Below, piece after piece: positions 9,221 to 21,815 of a stretch of DNA of 64,000 nucleotides. Position 1 is the stretch's first letter. Each line of letters begins with the position of its first letter. The position numbers and the translations under genes are program-made. The stretch comes from Alphaproteobacteria bacterium (lineage in GTDB: Bacteria > Pseudomonadota > Alphaproteobacteria > Rs-D84): positions 7,238-71,237 of the forward strand of contig JAFVUD010000002.1 in the NCBI GenBank assembly GCA_017502865.1, written 5' to 3'. The notes under the pieces are model-generated. The model searched no databases. It saw nothing but the letters and a program-made list of their open reading frames with translations, and was not told the DNA's origin.

Positions 9221-9853
9221 ATGGCAAGAGCTGGTGCAAAGCGTAGCACACGCAAACTGAAAATCGGACGTAGCCTGGGCGTCAATCTGTGGGGTCAGGC
9301 GAAATCTCCATTTAACAAACGTAAATACAAACCTGGTCAGCATGGTCCAACATCACGTGGTGGTAATTCTTCGGATTACGCAAAACAGCATCGTGCAAAA
9401 CAGACCCTGAAAGGTTATTATGGCAACATTGGCGAAAAGAAATTCCATAAATACTATATGGAAGCCACAAATATGAAGGGCGACACACCAGAAAACTTGA
9501 TTGGTTTGCTGGAACGTCGTTTGGACGCAGTTGTATATCGTGCAAAATTGGCACCAACTGTATTCTCTTCACGTCAGTTGATTAGCCATGGTCATATCTA
9601 TGTTAATGGCAAACGCGTAAAGATTGCATCTTATCAGGTTAAACCAGGTGATGTTATCACAGTCAGCGAAAAAGCAAAACAGATGCCATTGGTCGTTTTG
9701 GCTTTGGAATCTGCAGAACGCAACTTTGCAGACTATGTTTCTGTTGACAGTGCAAACTTCACAGCAACATTCGTACGTGTACCTGCATTCGAAGATGTTC
9801 CATATCCTGTTCAAATGTTCCCAGAATTGGTTGTTGAATTCTATTCACGCTAA
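9221..9853 (+). CDS. rpsD: 30S ribosomal protein S4
   Basis: PGQHG, SDY, LERRLDAVVYR, RQLISHGH, VVEFYSR. Confidence 0.98.
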   Translation: MARAGAKRSTRKLKIGRSLGVNLWGQAKSPFNKRKYKPGQHGPTSRGGNSSDYAKQHRAKQTLKGYYGNIGEKKFHKYYMEATNMKGDTPENLIGLLERRLDAVVYRAKLAPTVFSSRQLISHGHIYVNGKRVKIASYQVKPGDVITVSEKAKQMPLVVLALESAERNFADYVSVDSANFTATFVRVPAFEDVPYPVQMFPELVVEFYSR

Positions 9854-9884
9854 TCATGAACAGACGAACGGTATGTTCAATCGC

Positions 9885-9910
9885 TCCCGCCCATGTGGCG
9901 GGATTTTTTT
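9885..9910 (+). terminator. rpsD terminator
   Basis: tcccgcc-catgt-ggcggga + T7. Confidence 0.8.
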
Positions 9911-9934
9911 GTGGAATGTTCAATATTTGTGGGG

Positions 9935-10055
9935 TATAATAAATGTATGCAAAATAAATTTGTTATCTTTTCTGAAAATAAATGTTGGCGTGGACACGCC
10001 TGAACTGATTTATATGCCCATGGCCCAGGGGCGTGTTATTTTGGGCTTTCATTTA
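9935..10055 (+). promoter_or_regulatory. Putative Trp attenuator upstream of trpS (leader peptide MQNKFVIFSENKCWRGHA, 9947-10003)
   Basis: TATAAT 6 nt before ATG; Trp codon inside hairpin ggcgt/acgcc; acacgcct pairs with gggcgtgt; gcccaggg/ttttgggc followed by tttcattt. Confidence 0.7.
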
Positions 10056-10099
10056 ATTAATAAAAAGACTATTATAGACAACAAGAAAAGGTAATTATC

Positions 10100-11092
10100 A
10101 TGTCAGATAAAATTGTTTTAACAGGCATTAAACCAACAGGTATGCCGCATTTGGGAAACTATATCGGGGCGTTAAAGCCACTGATTGAACGGTCAAAGCA
10201 ATACAAGACGTTTATGTTCATTGCAGATTTGCATGCACTGAATACTATTCACGACCCAAAAGTCATTCGTGAACACACATACCAGGCGGCCGCAATGATG
10301 ATGGCGTTGGGGGTTGATTTGAATAATGCGGTGTTGTTCCGTCAATCAGATATTGTTGAAATCTATCAACTGAATACTGTGTTGATGAATGTCACGCCAA
10401 AGGGATTGATGAACCGGGCACATTCGTACAAGGCGGCGATGGACAAAAACATTGCAAATGGCACAGATGTTGATGCAGGGGTTAATATGGGGCTGTACAC
10501 ATACCCTATTTTGATGACAGCGGACATTTTACTGTATGATTCTGATATTGTGCCGGTTGGTGCCGACCAAAAGCAGCACGTGGAATTTGCACGTGATATC
10601 GCAGGATACTTTAACCACACATATGGTGAAACATTCAAATTGCCAGAACCTGTTATCGGTGAAGATACGGGTTTAATCCCGGGTCTGGACGGCCGCAAGA
10701 TGAGCAAGTCGTATGACAATACAATTCCATTGCTGGCACCGGAAAAGGAATTAAAGAAGAAAGTGATGCGTATTATCACAGATTCTAAAACACCCGAAGA
10801 ACCAAAAGATCCGGATACTTCGACCATTTATCAATTATACAAACACTTTGCCACAGAAGCGGAAGTTGCCGAATTTGCAGAAATGTTCCGTCGTGGTGGA
10901 ATGGGTTATGGGACCGCAAAAACAATGCTGTTTGAAAAGATGAATGCGGTGTTGGCGGGTCCACGTGCAGAATACGAAAGACTGATGGCGAATCCAGCAG
11001 AAATCGAAGCAGTATTGGCCAATGGTGCAGAACGTGCACGCAGCGTGGCCCAGGCTACGTTCGGTCGGGTAAAGAAAGCAATGCTGGGATAA
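10100..11092 (+). CDS. trpS: Tryptophan--tRNA ligase
   Basis: TGIKPTG.PHLGN, YPILMTADIL, VPVGADQKQH, KMSKS. Confidence 0.97.
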   Translation: MSDKIVLTGIKPTGMPHLGNYIGALKPLIERSKQYKTFMFIADLHALNTIHDPKVIREHTYQAAAMMMALGVDLNNAVLFRQSDIVEIYQLNTVLMNVTPKGLMNRAHSYKAAMDKNIANGTDVDAGVNMGLYTYPILMTADILLYDSDIVPVGADQKQHVEFARDIAGYFNHTYGETFKLPEPVIGEDTGLIPGLDGRKMSKSYDNTIPLLAPEKELKKKVMRIITDSKTPEEPKDPDTSTIYQLYKHFATEAEVAEFAEMFRRGGMGYGTAKTMLFEKMNAVLAGPRAEYERLMANPAEIEAVLANGAERARSVAQATFGRVKKAMLG

Positions 11093-11111
11093 AAATAAAA
11101 GGAGAGAGAAT

Positions 11112-11843
11112 ATGCGTAAAGCTTTTATTTGGGGTGGCAGTGTAATTGGGGCAGCAGCAGTGTTAGCGTTGGTATTTGGAACACTGGAACGCAATCACAC
11201 GGTACGGACAATTTCTGTGACGGGGGAATGCCTGACCACGGCACCAAAGGATAAAACAGCAATCACGTTACGTGTATCTACATTGGCGGATACGGCGGTT
11301 GAATCTATGCGTTTGGCGACGAATAAAATGGCCGACATCACAGATTACCTGAAAACACAGCCGGTGGAAATGCAGACCACGCAATTCAATTCATATGAAA
11401 AAACCGAATGGAATCGTGAAGCACAAAAATCAGAAACACTGGGAATTGAAACAACAATCGCAGTAGAAGTGTCTGCAAAAAGCATTGCGGAAATTGAAAC
11501 AGTTTTGGGCAAGTTTGCAGGTGACGCAAACGTGTTCACAGAAAATCTAAGAATGTATTCCAGTCCAGAAGTATTGAAGCCAATTACAGAAGAATGTTTG
11601 GCCGTGGCAACAGAAAACGCACGTGAACGTGCAGATGCGTTGGCCAAGGGGGACAAGGTTAAAACAGGCAAAATTCTGTCTTTGTCATATGGCACAACGG
11701 TTTCCGACAACGTACGACCAACCAATGGATTGTTGAGGACAAAAATGGTGATGGCAGAATCAACGTTTGATGCCGCAGGTTCTATTGTCGCCAAAGATAC
11801 CGAAGTTGCGGTTTCTGTATCCGCCGTGTTCGAAATAAAGTAA
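11112..11843 (+). CDS. SIMPL (DUF541)-domain periplasmic protein
   Basis: N-terminal TM, RTISVTGE..APKD.AI, AVATENARERADALA, VSVSAVFEI. Confidence 0.8.
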   Translation: MRKAFIWGGSVIGAAAVLALVFGTLERNHTVRTISVTGECLTTAPKDKTAITLRVSTLADTAVESMRLATNKMADITDYLKTQPVEMQTTQFNSYEKTEWNREAQKSETLGIETTIAVEVSAKSIAEIETVLGKFAGDANVFTENLRMYSSPEVLKPITEECLAVATENARERADALAKGDKVKTGKILSLSYGTTVSDNVRPTNGLLRTKMVMAESTFDAAGSIVAKDTEVAVSVSAVFEIK

Positions 11844-11846
11844 AAA

Positions 11847-12758
11847 ATGAATGATGCGATTGCATATTTTATCGAATATTTAACACAGACAAAAAAGTAT
11901 TCGGCACATACCGCCATTGGATACGAAACAGATGTGCGTGATTTTGTCACGTTCTGTGAACGGTTTAATGGCGGGCCGATTTTCCCAAAAGATTTGGCCC
12001 GCACAGACACATTGATGTTTCGGTCGTATTTGGCCGACCGACAACGGCGTGGTTTGGCACACAAATCGACTGCACGGGCATTGTCTTCGTTGCGGGGATT
12101 CTTTAAATTTATTGCAAAAAATTATGGTATTAAAAACGATGCAATTACACTGATTTCTTCGCCCAAGGTGCCACGAAAATTATCCAAGGCAATTGATCCA
12201 ATTGATGTTGAACATATGCATTCTGCCATTCGGGAAATTGGCAACAAAGACCCATGGATTGATGCACGTGATTGGGCGTTGGTTGTATTGATATTTGGAT
12301 GCGGCCTGCGTATCAGCGAAGCGTTATCACTGAAAAACAGTGATGTGCGTGGCCGACCAGAAGTTCTGCGTATTTGCGGTAAAGGCAATAAAGAACGATT
12401 GGTTCCTGTGTTGCCAGCAGTGTGGGATGCGATTGAAAAATACATTCGTGTGCGACCATTTGGCAATGCCGCCGAAGACGAACTGTTCCGCAGTGTGCGT
12501 GGTCTGCCGATGAGTTCGAGAATGGCTGAAAAAGTTATTGAGAAAATTCGCAATTATTTACAGTTGCCAGACTATGTGACACCGCACGCATTGCGACACA
12601 CATTTGCAACCGCATTGTTGGCGGGGGGTGCAGATTTGCGTACATTACAGGAATTGTTGGGACATTCTTCGTTATCCACCACACAATTATATACCAAAGT
12701 CAATATGGCCGAAATTTCCAACATATATGCAAACGCACATCCACGGGCAAAAGATTAG
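11847..12758 (+). CDS. xerC: Tyrosine recombinase XerC
   Basis: SAHT..Y..D, ARALSSLRGFF, GCGLRISE, GKGNKER, TPHALRHTFAT, QELLGHSSLSTTQLYT, HPRA. Confidence 0.92.
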   Translation: MNDAIAYFIEYLTQTKKYSAHTAIGYETDVRDFVTFCERFNGGPIFPKDLARTDTLMFRSYLADRQRRGLAHKSTARALSSLRGFFKFIAKNYGIKNDAITLISSPKVPRKLSKAIDPIDVEHMHSAIREIGNKDPWIDARDWALVVLIFGCGLRISEALSLKNSDVRGRPEVLRICGKGNKERLVPVLPAVWDAIEKYIRVRPFGNAAEDELFRSVRGLPMSSRMAEKVIEKIRNYLQLPDYVTPHALRHTFATALLAGGADLRTLQELLGHSSLSTTQLYTKVNMAEISNIYANAHPRAKD

Positions 12759-12762
12759 ATAT

Positions 12763-12791
12763 AAAAAATCCCCCGTTTGGGGGATTTTTAT
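12763..12791. terminator. Bidirectional terminator
   Basis: aaaaatccccc-gttt-gggggattttt between convergent genes. Confidence 0.85.
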
Positions 12792-13823
12792 TTAGAACCA
12801 TTGCCATGGCTGGAATACTTTTAACAGCCCCAGCGCAGTGCGTTTATCGGCATAGGTATGGCCACAGCGTGGACAAACGTTAAATGGTTTCAAAACAGCT
12901 TTGACTTTGCCAAAAATCATGTGCCAGATGTATAATCCCAATGCCCATGCAGCAATTACCAATCCCCATGCAACATAACCAAAATATTTATCAACTGTGT
13001 CGGTGATGACGGTGATGGTGCTGACATCTGATTTAGCCAGGTCATTATAGATTTTTGTTGCAACCGGCCATGTAGATGGACGCCATGGATAGACATGTTT
13101 AATACCATAGTTGGTCAACAATGTTGTCCCCAGACCGCCGGTCTGTTTATCCAACGCCGTTTTAACGGCCGAGTCAATCAGTTTATCAACTTCCAGCTGG
13201 GCGGTGCGGGTTAAGTCACCCTGAATCTTGTCCAGTTTTTCATTTACCAGTTTGGCGGTATTGTCAACCTTGGCAATGGCGGTGTTGGCTTTGTCGATTG
13301 CACCGTCAGCCTTGGCCACGCCTTTGTCCACTTCGGCGACCGCTTTGTCAACACCATCTGTTTTAATCCCCAACATATTTGCAAAGCCGGTCAGTTTTTT
13401 TACACCCGTGGTCTTTTCTGTGACAGCGGCTGTTTTTTCTTTGGCATCTGCGGTTGCCTGTTTAGCCTTGGCTGTGGTGTCGGTCACTTTGTCAACGGCA
13501 CCTTCGGCCATTTTTACACCCTTAATCGCAGTAGCAATCGGTTTTTCCAAATTAATAGAATCTGCGATGCCATCCAACAGGGCTTCGTATTGTTTTACAA
13601 TGCCACGCTGCAAGTCAAAGAACATAGACACAACAATAGATTTCTTAATCGGTTGGGAATATGTGTTTTTAATGTGTAATGGGAACCATATGACCAGCAG
13701 TATCCAAATAACACTGAAAATGCCGAATATGCGTTTAGTCCACGCAACGACAGACTGTTTCTTTTTCACGGTTTTTACGCCACCCATATCAATAACGGCG
13801 ACTTCTTTTTTCTGTCTGGCCAT
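12792..13823 (-). CDS. Hypothetical membrane protein with heptad-repeat region and C-terminal CxxC
   Basis: Two TM segments, repeats VDKAVAE/VDKGVAK/ADGAIDK, CPRCGH; SD aaggag. Confidence 0.8.
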   Translation of the reverse strand: MARQKKEVAVIDMGGVKTVKKKQSVVAWTKRIFGIFSVIWILLVIWFPLHIKNTYSQPIKKSIVVSMFFDLQRGIVKQYEALLDGIADSINLEKPIATAIKGVKMAEGAVDKVTDTTAKAKQATADAKEKTAAVTEKTTGVKKLTGFANMLGIKTDGVDKAVAEVDKGVAKADGAIDKANTAIAKVDNTAKLVNEKLDKIQGDLTRTAQLEVDKLIDSAVKTALDKQTGGLGTTLLTNYGIKHVYPWRPSTWPVATKIYNDLAKSDVSTITVITDTVDKYFGYVAWGLVIAAWALGLYIWHMIFGKVKAVLKPFNVCPRCGHTYADKRTALGLLKVFQPWQWF

Positions 13824-13887
13824 AAAAAAACTCCTTTGCTTGATATAAGGAGTTTAGACGATTGCAACACATAATTGCAATATGTTT

Positions 13888-16394
<2,507 letters not shown>

Positions 16395-16395
16395 T

Positions 16396-17292
16396 TTATT
16401 TTTTGAACTCCAACCCCTGGTCGATATAGTTTTCGGCCTTGTCTTCCCAGTCTGGTTCAACACGCACAAACAGGTGCAGTCGGGCATTTACATCCCACTG
16501 GTCCTGGATATCATGACGGGCAGCGGTGCCAATGCGTTTTAATTGTTCACCACCCTTGCCTACTACTATCTTTTTATGTGCATCGTTGCGAACGGCGATT
16601 TTCTGGTAAATATCCAGAACACCATCGGCATCAACATCAACACGTTCGGTCACAACATTGATGTGATATGGTAATTCCTGGTGAATATATTTATAAATCT
16701 TTTCACGGGTCAATTCCGACAGATACAGTTCATCGGGAACATCGGGTGCATCGACCGTGTCAAACAAATATGGCGATTCAGGCATTACATTTGCCAACGC
16801 AGTCAGCATTTTTTCAATACCGTCGTTCTTTAACGCAGAAATCATGAAAATTTCAGACCATGGTGCCAATTCATTCAATTCGGCAACCATTGGCAGTAAT
16901 TCCAGTTTGGCAATGGCATCAACCTTGTTCAGGGCAACAAAGATGTTGGGACGGTCTTTAATCTTGTCCGCCAGGGCACGGATTGTTTCGGTTATACCCT
17001 TTTGTGCATCAACCAACAGCAATACCGCATCTGCATCCGATACAGCATCCATTGCGGCGGCGACCATTGCACGATCCAGACGGCGTGAAGGCTTGAAAAC
17101 ACCGGGGGTGTCTACAAATATCAACTGACGCGCGCCAACCATTTTTACAGCCCGCAGGCGTGTGCGTGTGGTTTGCACTTTGTGCGAAACAATGGATACT
17201 TTGCGACCCATGATTTGATTTAACAATGTACTTTTGCCCGCATTTGTGGGGCCAATGATGGCAACAAAGCCAGAATAAGTCTTATTAGTCAT
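16396..17292 (-). CDS. era: GTPase Era
   Basis: GPTNAGKSTL, QTTR, DTPG, NKVD, KH domain IVVGKGG. Confidence 0.97.
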   Translation of the reverse strand: MTNKTYSGFVAIIGPTNAGKSTLLNQIMGRKVSIVSHKVQTTRTRLRAVKMVGARQLIFVDTPGVFKPSRRLDRAMVAAAMDAVSDADAVLLLVDAQKGITETIRALADKIKDRPNIFVALNKVDAIAKLELLPMVAELNELAPWSEIFMISALKNDGIEKMLTALANVMPESPYLFDTVDAPDVPDELYLSELTREKIYKYIHQELPYHINVVTERVDVDADGVLDIYQKIAVRNDAHKKIVVGKGGEQLKRIGTAARHDIQDQWDVNARLHLFVRVEPDWEDKAENYIDQGLEFKK

Positions 17293-17407
17293 GTGAAAAA
17301 TCATAGCACAGGGAAAATAAAAGTAAATAAAAAACCTTGCATTGCGAATACATTGTTGGTAAATAAGCAAATGTGTAGGTGGGGCAGAAATATAAAGGAA
17401 GTATAAT

Positions 17408-18124
17408 ATGCAATTGACAGGGCCCGAAATCCTGCGACGGATGCAGGAAAAAGAAAATCCAGATATCATCATTAGACCATTTGATGAAAGATGCCTGGGC
17501 AGTAATAGTTATGATTTACACTTGGGTGACACACTGAAAGTGTATAAACAGGCGATTCCAAAGGGAATGAAACCTGCGTTGCCATACAAAGGCAAACCAG
17601 ATGCACACAAAATGGAGGATTGGTTTGAATCTGATGCAGCCCATATGCAATTTCTGCATTGCCCAGAAGCCTTTGACATTCGCAACCCACAGTATTTGAT
17701 TGATCCAACAAATCCAACACATCACCAGACAATCACACTGAAAATCCCAGAAACAGGGCTGATTTTGTCACCAACAATTGGGTATTTGGGTTCAACAATT
17801 GAATACACAGAAACACGGAATTTATTCCCATATATTGATGGAAAATCCAGTATTGGCCGTAATTTTATATTGAATCATCATACCGCCGGTCGTGGCGATG
17901 ATGGTTTCTGTGGCGAATGGACATTGGAAATTCGTGTTCTGCACCCAACAGTTGTTTACCCATATATGCGTATTGGCCAGATTTACTATGAACAGTTTGT
18001 CGGCAAGCGTAAACCATATGACAAGAATAAAACCAGCCACTATAACGGCCAGTTTGGTCCAACACCAGCGGCACCGGTACCAGTGGACAAATTCTTGAAA
18101 GATTTGGTACAAAAACAGAAATAA
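17408..18124 (+). CDS. dcd: dCTP deaminase with internal insertion
   Basis: NSYDLHLG, GKSSIGR, HHTAGRGDDGF.G.WTLEI, RIGQI, YNGQ.GP. Confidence 0.88.
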   Translation: MQLTGPEILRRMQEKENPDIIIRPFDERCLGSNSYDLHLGDTLKVYKQAIPKGMKPALPYKGKPDAHKMEDWFESDAAHMQFLHCPEAFDIRNPQYLIDPTNPTHHQTITLKIPETGLILSPTIGYLGSTIEYTETRNLFPYIDGKSSIGRNFILNHHTAGRGDDGFCGEWTLEIRVLHPTVVYPYMRIGQIYYEQFVGKRKPYDKNKTSHYNGQFGPTPAAPVPVDKFLKDLVQKQK

Positions 18125-18153
18125 AAAACGCCCCGTTTGGGGCGTTTTGTTTA

Positions 18154-19041
18154 TTAGATGCTGTCAGCATTAATCCAGCGACCAGATTTCAACAAACCTG
18201 GGGCCATGCCTTCGTTTGCACGCAGGTTATCGATTACGCTGCGGGCCTTGGCTGCATCCAGATTGATGATGCGTACTTTGTACATGTCGCCTTCGTGGAC
18301 AACGGTTGCATCGCCGTATGCCTGCATACGCTGGGCCAATGTAGATGCACTGTCTTCGGCATAGAATGCACCGACCTGGACACTGTAATCGCCAGATGCG
18401 GTTGCAACAGGAACGGCAACTGGTACAGTTTCAACAGGTGTTGCGACAACTGTTTCTTGTTGCATTACGACAGGCTGTGCTGCGGCACCAATTGTTGCAT
18501 TTTTAACAGCCATAGATTCTTCGGCCATAACCTGGATCTGGACTTTGGCAGTGCCGTTCATGCCAATACGCTGGGCAGCGGCAGGTGACAAGTCCATCAA
18601 ACGTGTATTTACGAATGGTCCACGATTATTCACACGAACAACAACAGACTGGCCATTTTCCAGGTTGGTCACACGTGCGATTGTTGGCAATGGTAATGTT
18701 TTGCTGGTCGCAACCATCTGGGCGGCATCAAAGATTTCGCCATTGCTGGTCTGTTGACCGTTCAATTCTGTTGGTATAATACCTGCAACACCGGTCTGGT
18801 TATATGTCAAATCTTCGACAGGGATATACTGGACGTTTTCAACCTTGTACGCGTTGCCGACATAATATTTCGGGGCAGCCGCCATCAAATATGCATCATT
18901 CAAAGACTGGGATGGGGCAGAAACCAATGTTTCTTCGCCAAAACCGTCAGCCGAGCCATAGCCCGCATTGTTTGTAGCACCGTTGTTCATACAACCGGTC
19001 AACATAGCAGTCAAAACCGCCAGTGAGATTACTTTTTTCAT
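18154..19041 (-). CDS. rlpA: Septal ring lytic transglycosylase RlpA lipoprotein
   Basis: Lipobox LTGC, TSNGEIFD, TLPLP, VVRVNNRGPF, DLSPAAA, SPOR domain YSVQVGAF. Confidence 0.9.
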   Translation of the reverse strand: MKKVISLAVLTAMLTGCMNNGATNNAGYGSADGFGEETLVSAPSQSLNDAYLMAAAPKYYVGNAYKVENVQYIPVEDLTYNQTGVAGIIPTELNGQQTSNGEIFDAAQMVATSKTLPLPTIARVTNLENGQSVVVRVNNRGPFVNTRLMDLSPAAAQRIGMNGTAKVQIQVMAEESMAVKNATIGAAAQPVVMQQETVVATPVETVPVAVPVATASGDYSVQVGAFYAEDSASTLAQRMQAYGDATVVHEGDMYKVRIINLDAAKARSVIDNLRANEGMAPGLLKSGRWINADSI

Positions 19042-19117
19042 GATTTTAGGACTCCTTACATTCTTGATAATTTTATTTTATCATAAAAAAGTCCATGTTT
19101 CAAATTTTATTTTACCA

Positions 19118-20578
19118 TTATAATTTTCGGTCCAGCACATATGCAACGGGCAAATACAAGATACCGTATGCCGCAATAGATGCGCCCAATACCCAAATGC
19201 TGGTAATCGGCACAAACCACAGTCCAACACCCAACAATGTGGCATATGCACCAAACAGTACAACCGAACGCACGGTTTTAGAATCGTGATGCACCAATTC
19301 ACGTTTGCGACACGCACGCCCCAACAGATAGTTTTTCAAATAACCACTGGCCACAACACCGATTGGAATTGCCAGATACCCAAACAATGGGAACAATGCG
19401 ACATACAAAACGGCGGCAACACCCAATGATACCATACTGGTTTTAACGGGTGTTTTGACATCCTGGGCGGCGTACAGGGTTTTGCTGTAAATCTGGCTGA
19501 CCAGCATGGCGGGCAAAACAAACACCTGAATCATAATTGCGGTGGCAACTGCGTGGGTTGATGATGCGGTCCATGCACCATACTGGAACAGATATTTTAT
19601 GATTGGTTCGGCCAACACAAACAGGCCAACAACGCATGGCAATATCAGCATTAAACCACGACGCATGGACGAATTCTGTTGCAGATAGACACTGCGAAGA
19701 TTGTTATCGGCCAATGCGTTCGAAATTGATGACATCAAAACAGTTCCCACCGCCAGGCCAATCATCGCAAACGGCAACTGGATTATGCGGTCCGAATAAT
19801 ACAGCCATGAAACAGCCCCACTTTGGAAACTGGCAACCAGGGTGCCGACAATGATTGATATTTGGTAAAACCCACTGCCCACAATGCTGACCCCCAGGCG
19901 TTTGAACATACTTTTGATTTTTGGGGTCCAACGTGGTACGACCAGGTGCAGCCCAAAATGCCGGCGACGAATACGTGACCACAGAACACAGAACTGAATT
20001 ACGCCAGACAGAACAACGGTACCCGCCATCAGCATCAGTACATTTTCTGAACCGAACACCATCGCAATCAGCAATGCACCAATCAGCATGATGTTCAGCA
20101 ATACAGGCATAAATGCCGCCAACAAAAACCGTGAAAACGCATTCAAAATTGCAGACAAGAATGCAGAGCCGCAAATAAATATCACATACACAAACATTAT
20201 GCGGGAAATAAACACGGTCATTTCCATTTTGCCAGGGGTTGCATCAAAACCAGGCGCCAAAACCCACACGACCAACGGCATAAATATTTCAAATAAAATT
20301 GTTATTCCCAACAATACAACCAGCAACCATGAAAATACATTTTTCGCAAAGTTAGAATCTTTTTTAGAATCTGTGTACATGGGGATAAAGATTGCGGACA
20401 GTGCCCCTTCGCCCAGCAGGTCACGGAACAGGTTTGGTAATTTGAACGCCGCCAAAAATATGTCAGACAGGCGCCCTGCCCCCAGGACACGTGCAATTAA
20501 CATGTCACGAATAAAGCCGAAAATGCGACTGATGCCGGTCATGGCACCAACCCCGAAAATATGTTTGCCTAGTTTCAT
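19118..20578 (-). CDS. murJ: Lipid II flippase MurJ
   Basis: SRIFGFIRD, AFKLPNLFR.LLGEGA, YYSDRIIQLP, KTPVK. Confidence 0.96.
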   Translation of the reverse strand: MKLGKHIFGVGAMTGISRIFGFIRDMLIARVLGAGRLSDIFLAAFKLPNLFRDLLGEGALSAIFIPMYTDSKKDSNFAKNVFSWLLVVLLGITILFEIFMPLVVWVLAPGFDATPGKMEMTVFISRIMFVYVIFICGSAFLSAILNAFSRFLLAAFMPVLLNIMLIGALLIAMVFGSENVLMLMAGTVVLSGVIQFCVLWSRIRRRHFGLHLVVPRWTPKIKSMFKRLGVSIVGSGFYQISIIVGTLVASFQSGAVSWLYYSDRIIQLPFAMIGLAVGTVLMSSISNALADNNLRSVYLQQNSSMRRGLMLILPCVVGLFVLAEPIIKYLFQYGAWTASSTHAVATAIMIQVFVLPAMLVSQIYSKTLYAAQDVKTPVKTSMVSLGVAAVLYVALFPLFGYLAIPIGVVASGYLKNYLLGRACRKRELVHHDSKTVRSVVLFGAYATLLGVGLWFVPITSIWVLGASIAAYGILYLPVAYVLDRKL

Positions 20579-20630
20579 AGTTTAGATTATACTGCGATAC
20601 ATAAATAAAAATCAAGGCAGGAATAAAAAC

Positions 20631-21356
20631 ATGAAAAAATTATTTGCCATATTCGGTGCGACCGCAATGCTGGGGGCATGCGCCGGTACACCAGACACAG
20701 AAATTGTAGTGCAACAACCGTTGAATGAAATCTATAAAAAAGCATATGATGAGTTTAACGATGAAAATTATGAAATCGCTGCAACAGAATTTGCCAAGGC
20801 AGAATCACAATATCCCGCCAGTCCATGGGCCGCAGATGCGTTGATTATGTCGGCGTATTCACATTATATGGACGAAGACTTTGCCGGTGCAATTATGGCC
20901 GCAGACAGATTTATGCGTTTCCACCCAGGACACAAAGACGTGCCGTATGTTCTGTACCTGAGGGGTATGTGCTATTACCGCCAGGTCAGCGACGTTCGCC
21001 GTGAACCAGGTATGAGTGCATATGCACTGCAACAATTCCAGAATCTGGTCGAAAGATTCCCACGCAGTCCATATGCAAAAAATGCAGAAAACAAAATTAT
21101 GATTTTGAAAAACTATATCGCAGGCAAAGTTATGTTTTCGGCACGCAATGATATGAAACGTGAAAACTGGCCCAGTGCGATTTCACGTCTGCAACAGGTG
21201 GTCGAAACCGCCCAGGAAACAGTTATGACACCCGAAGCAATGTACAGATTGACCGAATGTTATACGGCGATTGGATTGCCAGAACAGGCAAATGGTTATT
21301 CACAAATGCTGAAACTGAATTTCCCAGACAATGAATGGACCAAGAAATTAAAGTAA
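20631..21356 (+). CDS. bamD: Outer membrane assembly lipoprotein BamD
   Basis: Lipobox LGAC, YPASPWA, RFMRFHPGH, YVLYLRGMCYY, FPRSPYA, EAMYRL. Confidence 0.93.
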   Translation: MKKLFAIFGATAMLGACAGTPDTEIVVQQPLNEIYKKAYDEFNDENYEIAATEFAKAESQYPASPWAADALIMSAYSHYMDEDFAGAIMAADRFMRFHPGHKDVPYVLYLRGMCYYRQVSDVRREPGMSAYALQQFQNLVERFPRSPYAKNAENKIMILKNYIAGKVMFSARNDMKRENWPSAISRLQQVVETAQETVMTPEAMYRLTECYTAIGLPEQANGYSQMLKLNFPDNEWTKKLK

Positions 21357-21400
21357 TAAAAAATCCCCAAATCGGGGATTTTTTATTTTGATATATTTTA

Positions 21401-21766
21401 TTATTTTGCCGCTTCTTCGGTTGTGACAGGTTCAGCAGGAACTTCGGCTGGGACTTCGGCCGGTGCGTCGCCGGTGCCGAACAATTCCTGGGCCATGATT
21501 TCCTGACGCAGTTCACTTTGCTGGGTTGAAACACTGGTTTTAGATGCAACCAACGCCAATGCAGCACACAAAATAAAGAAGATTGTTGCCAACCATGCAG
21601 TTGCACGGGTTAAAAAATTACCCGCCGCAGCCCCAGTCAAGGCACCGCCCAACATAGATGCCGCAGATGAACCAGACATGCCGGACCCTTCGGATTTTTG
21701 TAACAAAATCAGACCAATCATCAAAACGGCTACGATTATTAATAATACAAGTAAGATTGAAAACAT
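21401..21766 (-). CDS. secG: Preprotein translocase subunit SecG
   Basis: LILLQKSEG, NFLTRATAWLA. Confidence 0.92.
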   Translation of the reverse strand: MFSILLVLLIIVAVLMIGLILLQKSEGSGMSGSSAASMLGGALTGAAAGNFLTRATAWLATIFFILCAALALVASKTSVSTQQSELRQEIMAQELFGTGDAPAEVPAEVPAEPVTTEEAAK

Positions 21767-21815
21767 TTTATTCCCTTTGGGTTGTGTATTTGTGTTGATT
21801 TTATATGGCTGAATC

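Noticed and set aside
11847-12758. Tyrosine recombinase as a prophage/island integrase
   Set aside because: Sequence is typical chromosomal XerC, 3 bp downstream of the SIMPL gene, with no att or cargo context.
13228-13848. Long antisense ORFs (also 11345-12064, 30461-31069, 57188-58012, 59792-60532)
   Set aside because: Shadows of real genes on the opposite strand with no recognisable motifs.
13824-13856. Hairpin aaactcctt/aaggagttt sequestering the SD of the 12792-13823 gene
   Set aside because: The 5' arm overlaps a probable -10 box (TTGCAA-18-TAAACT), so it would not be in the transcript from that promoter.
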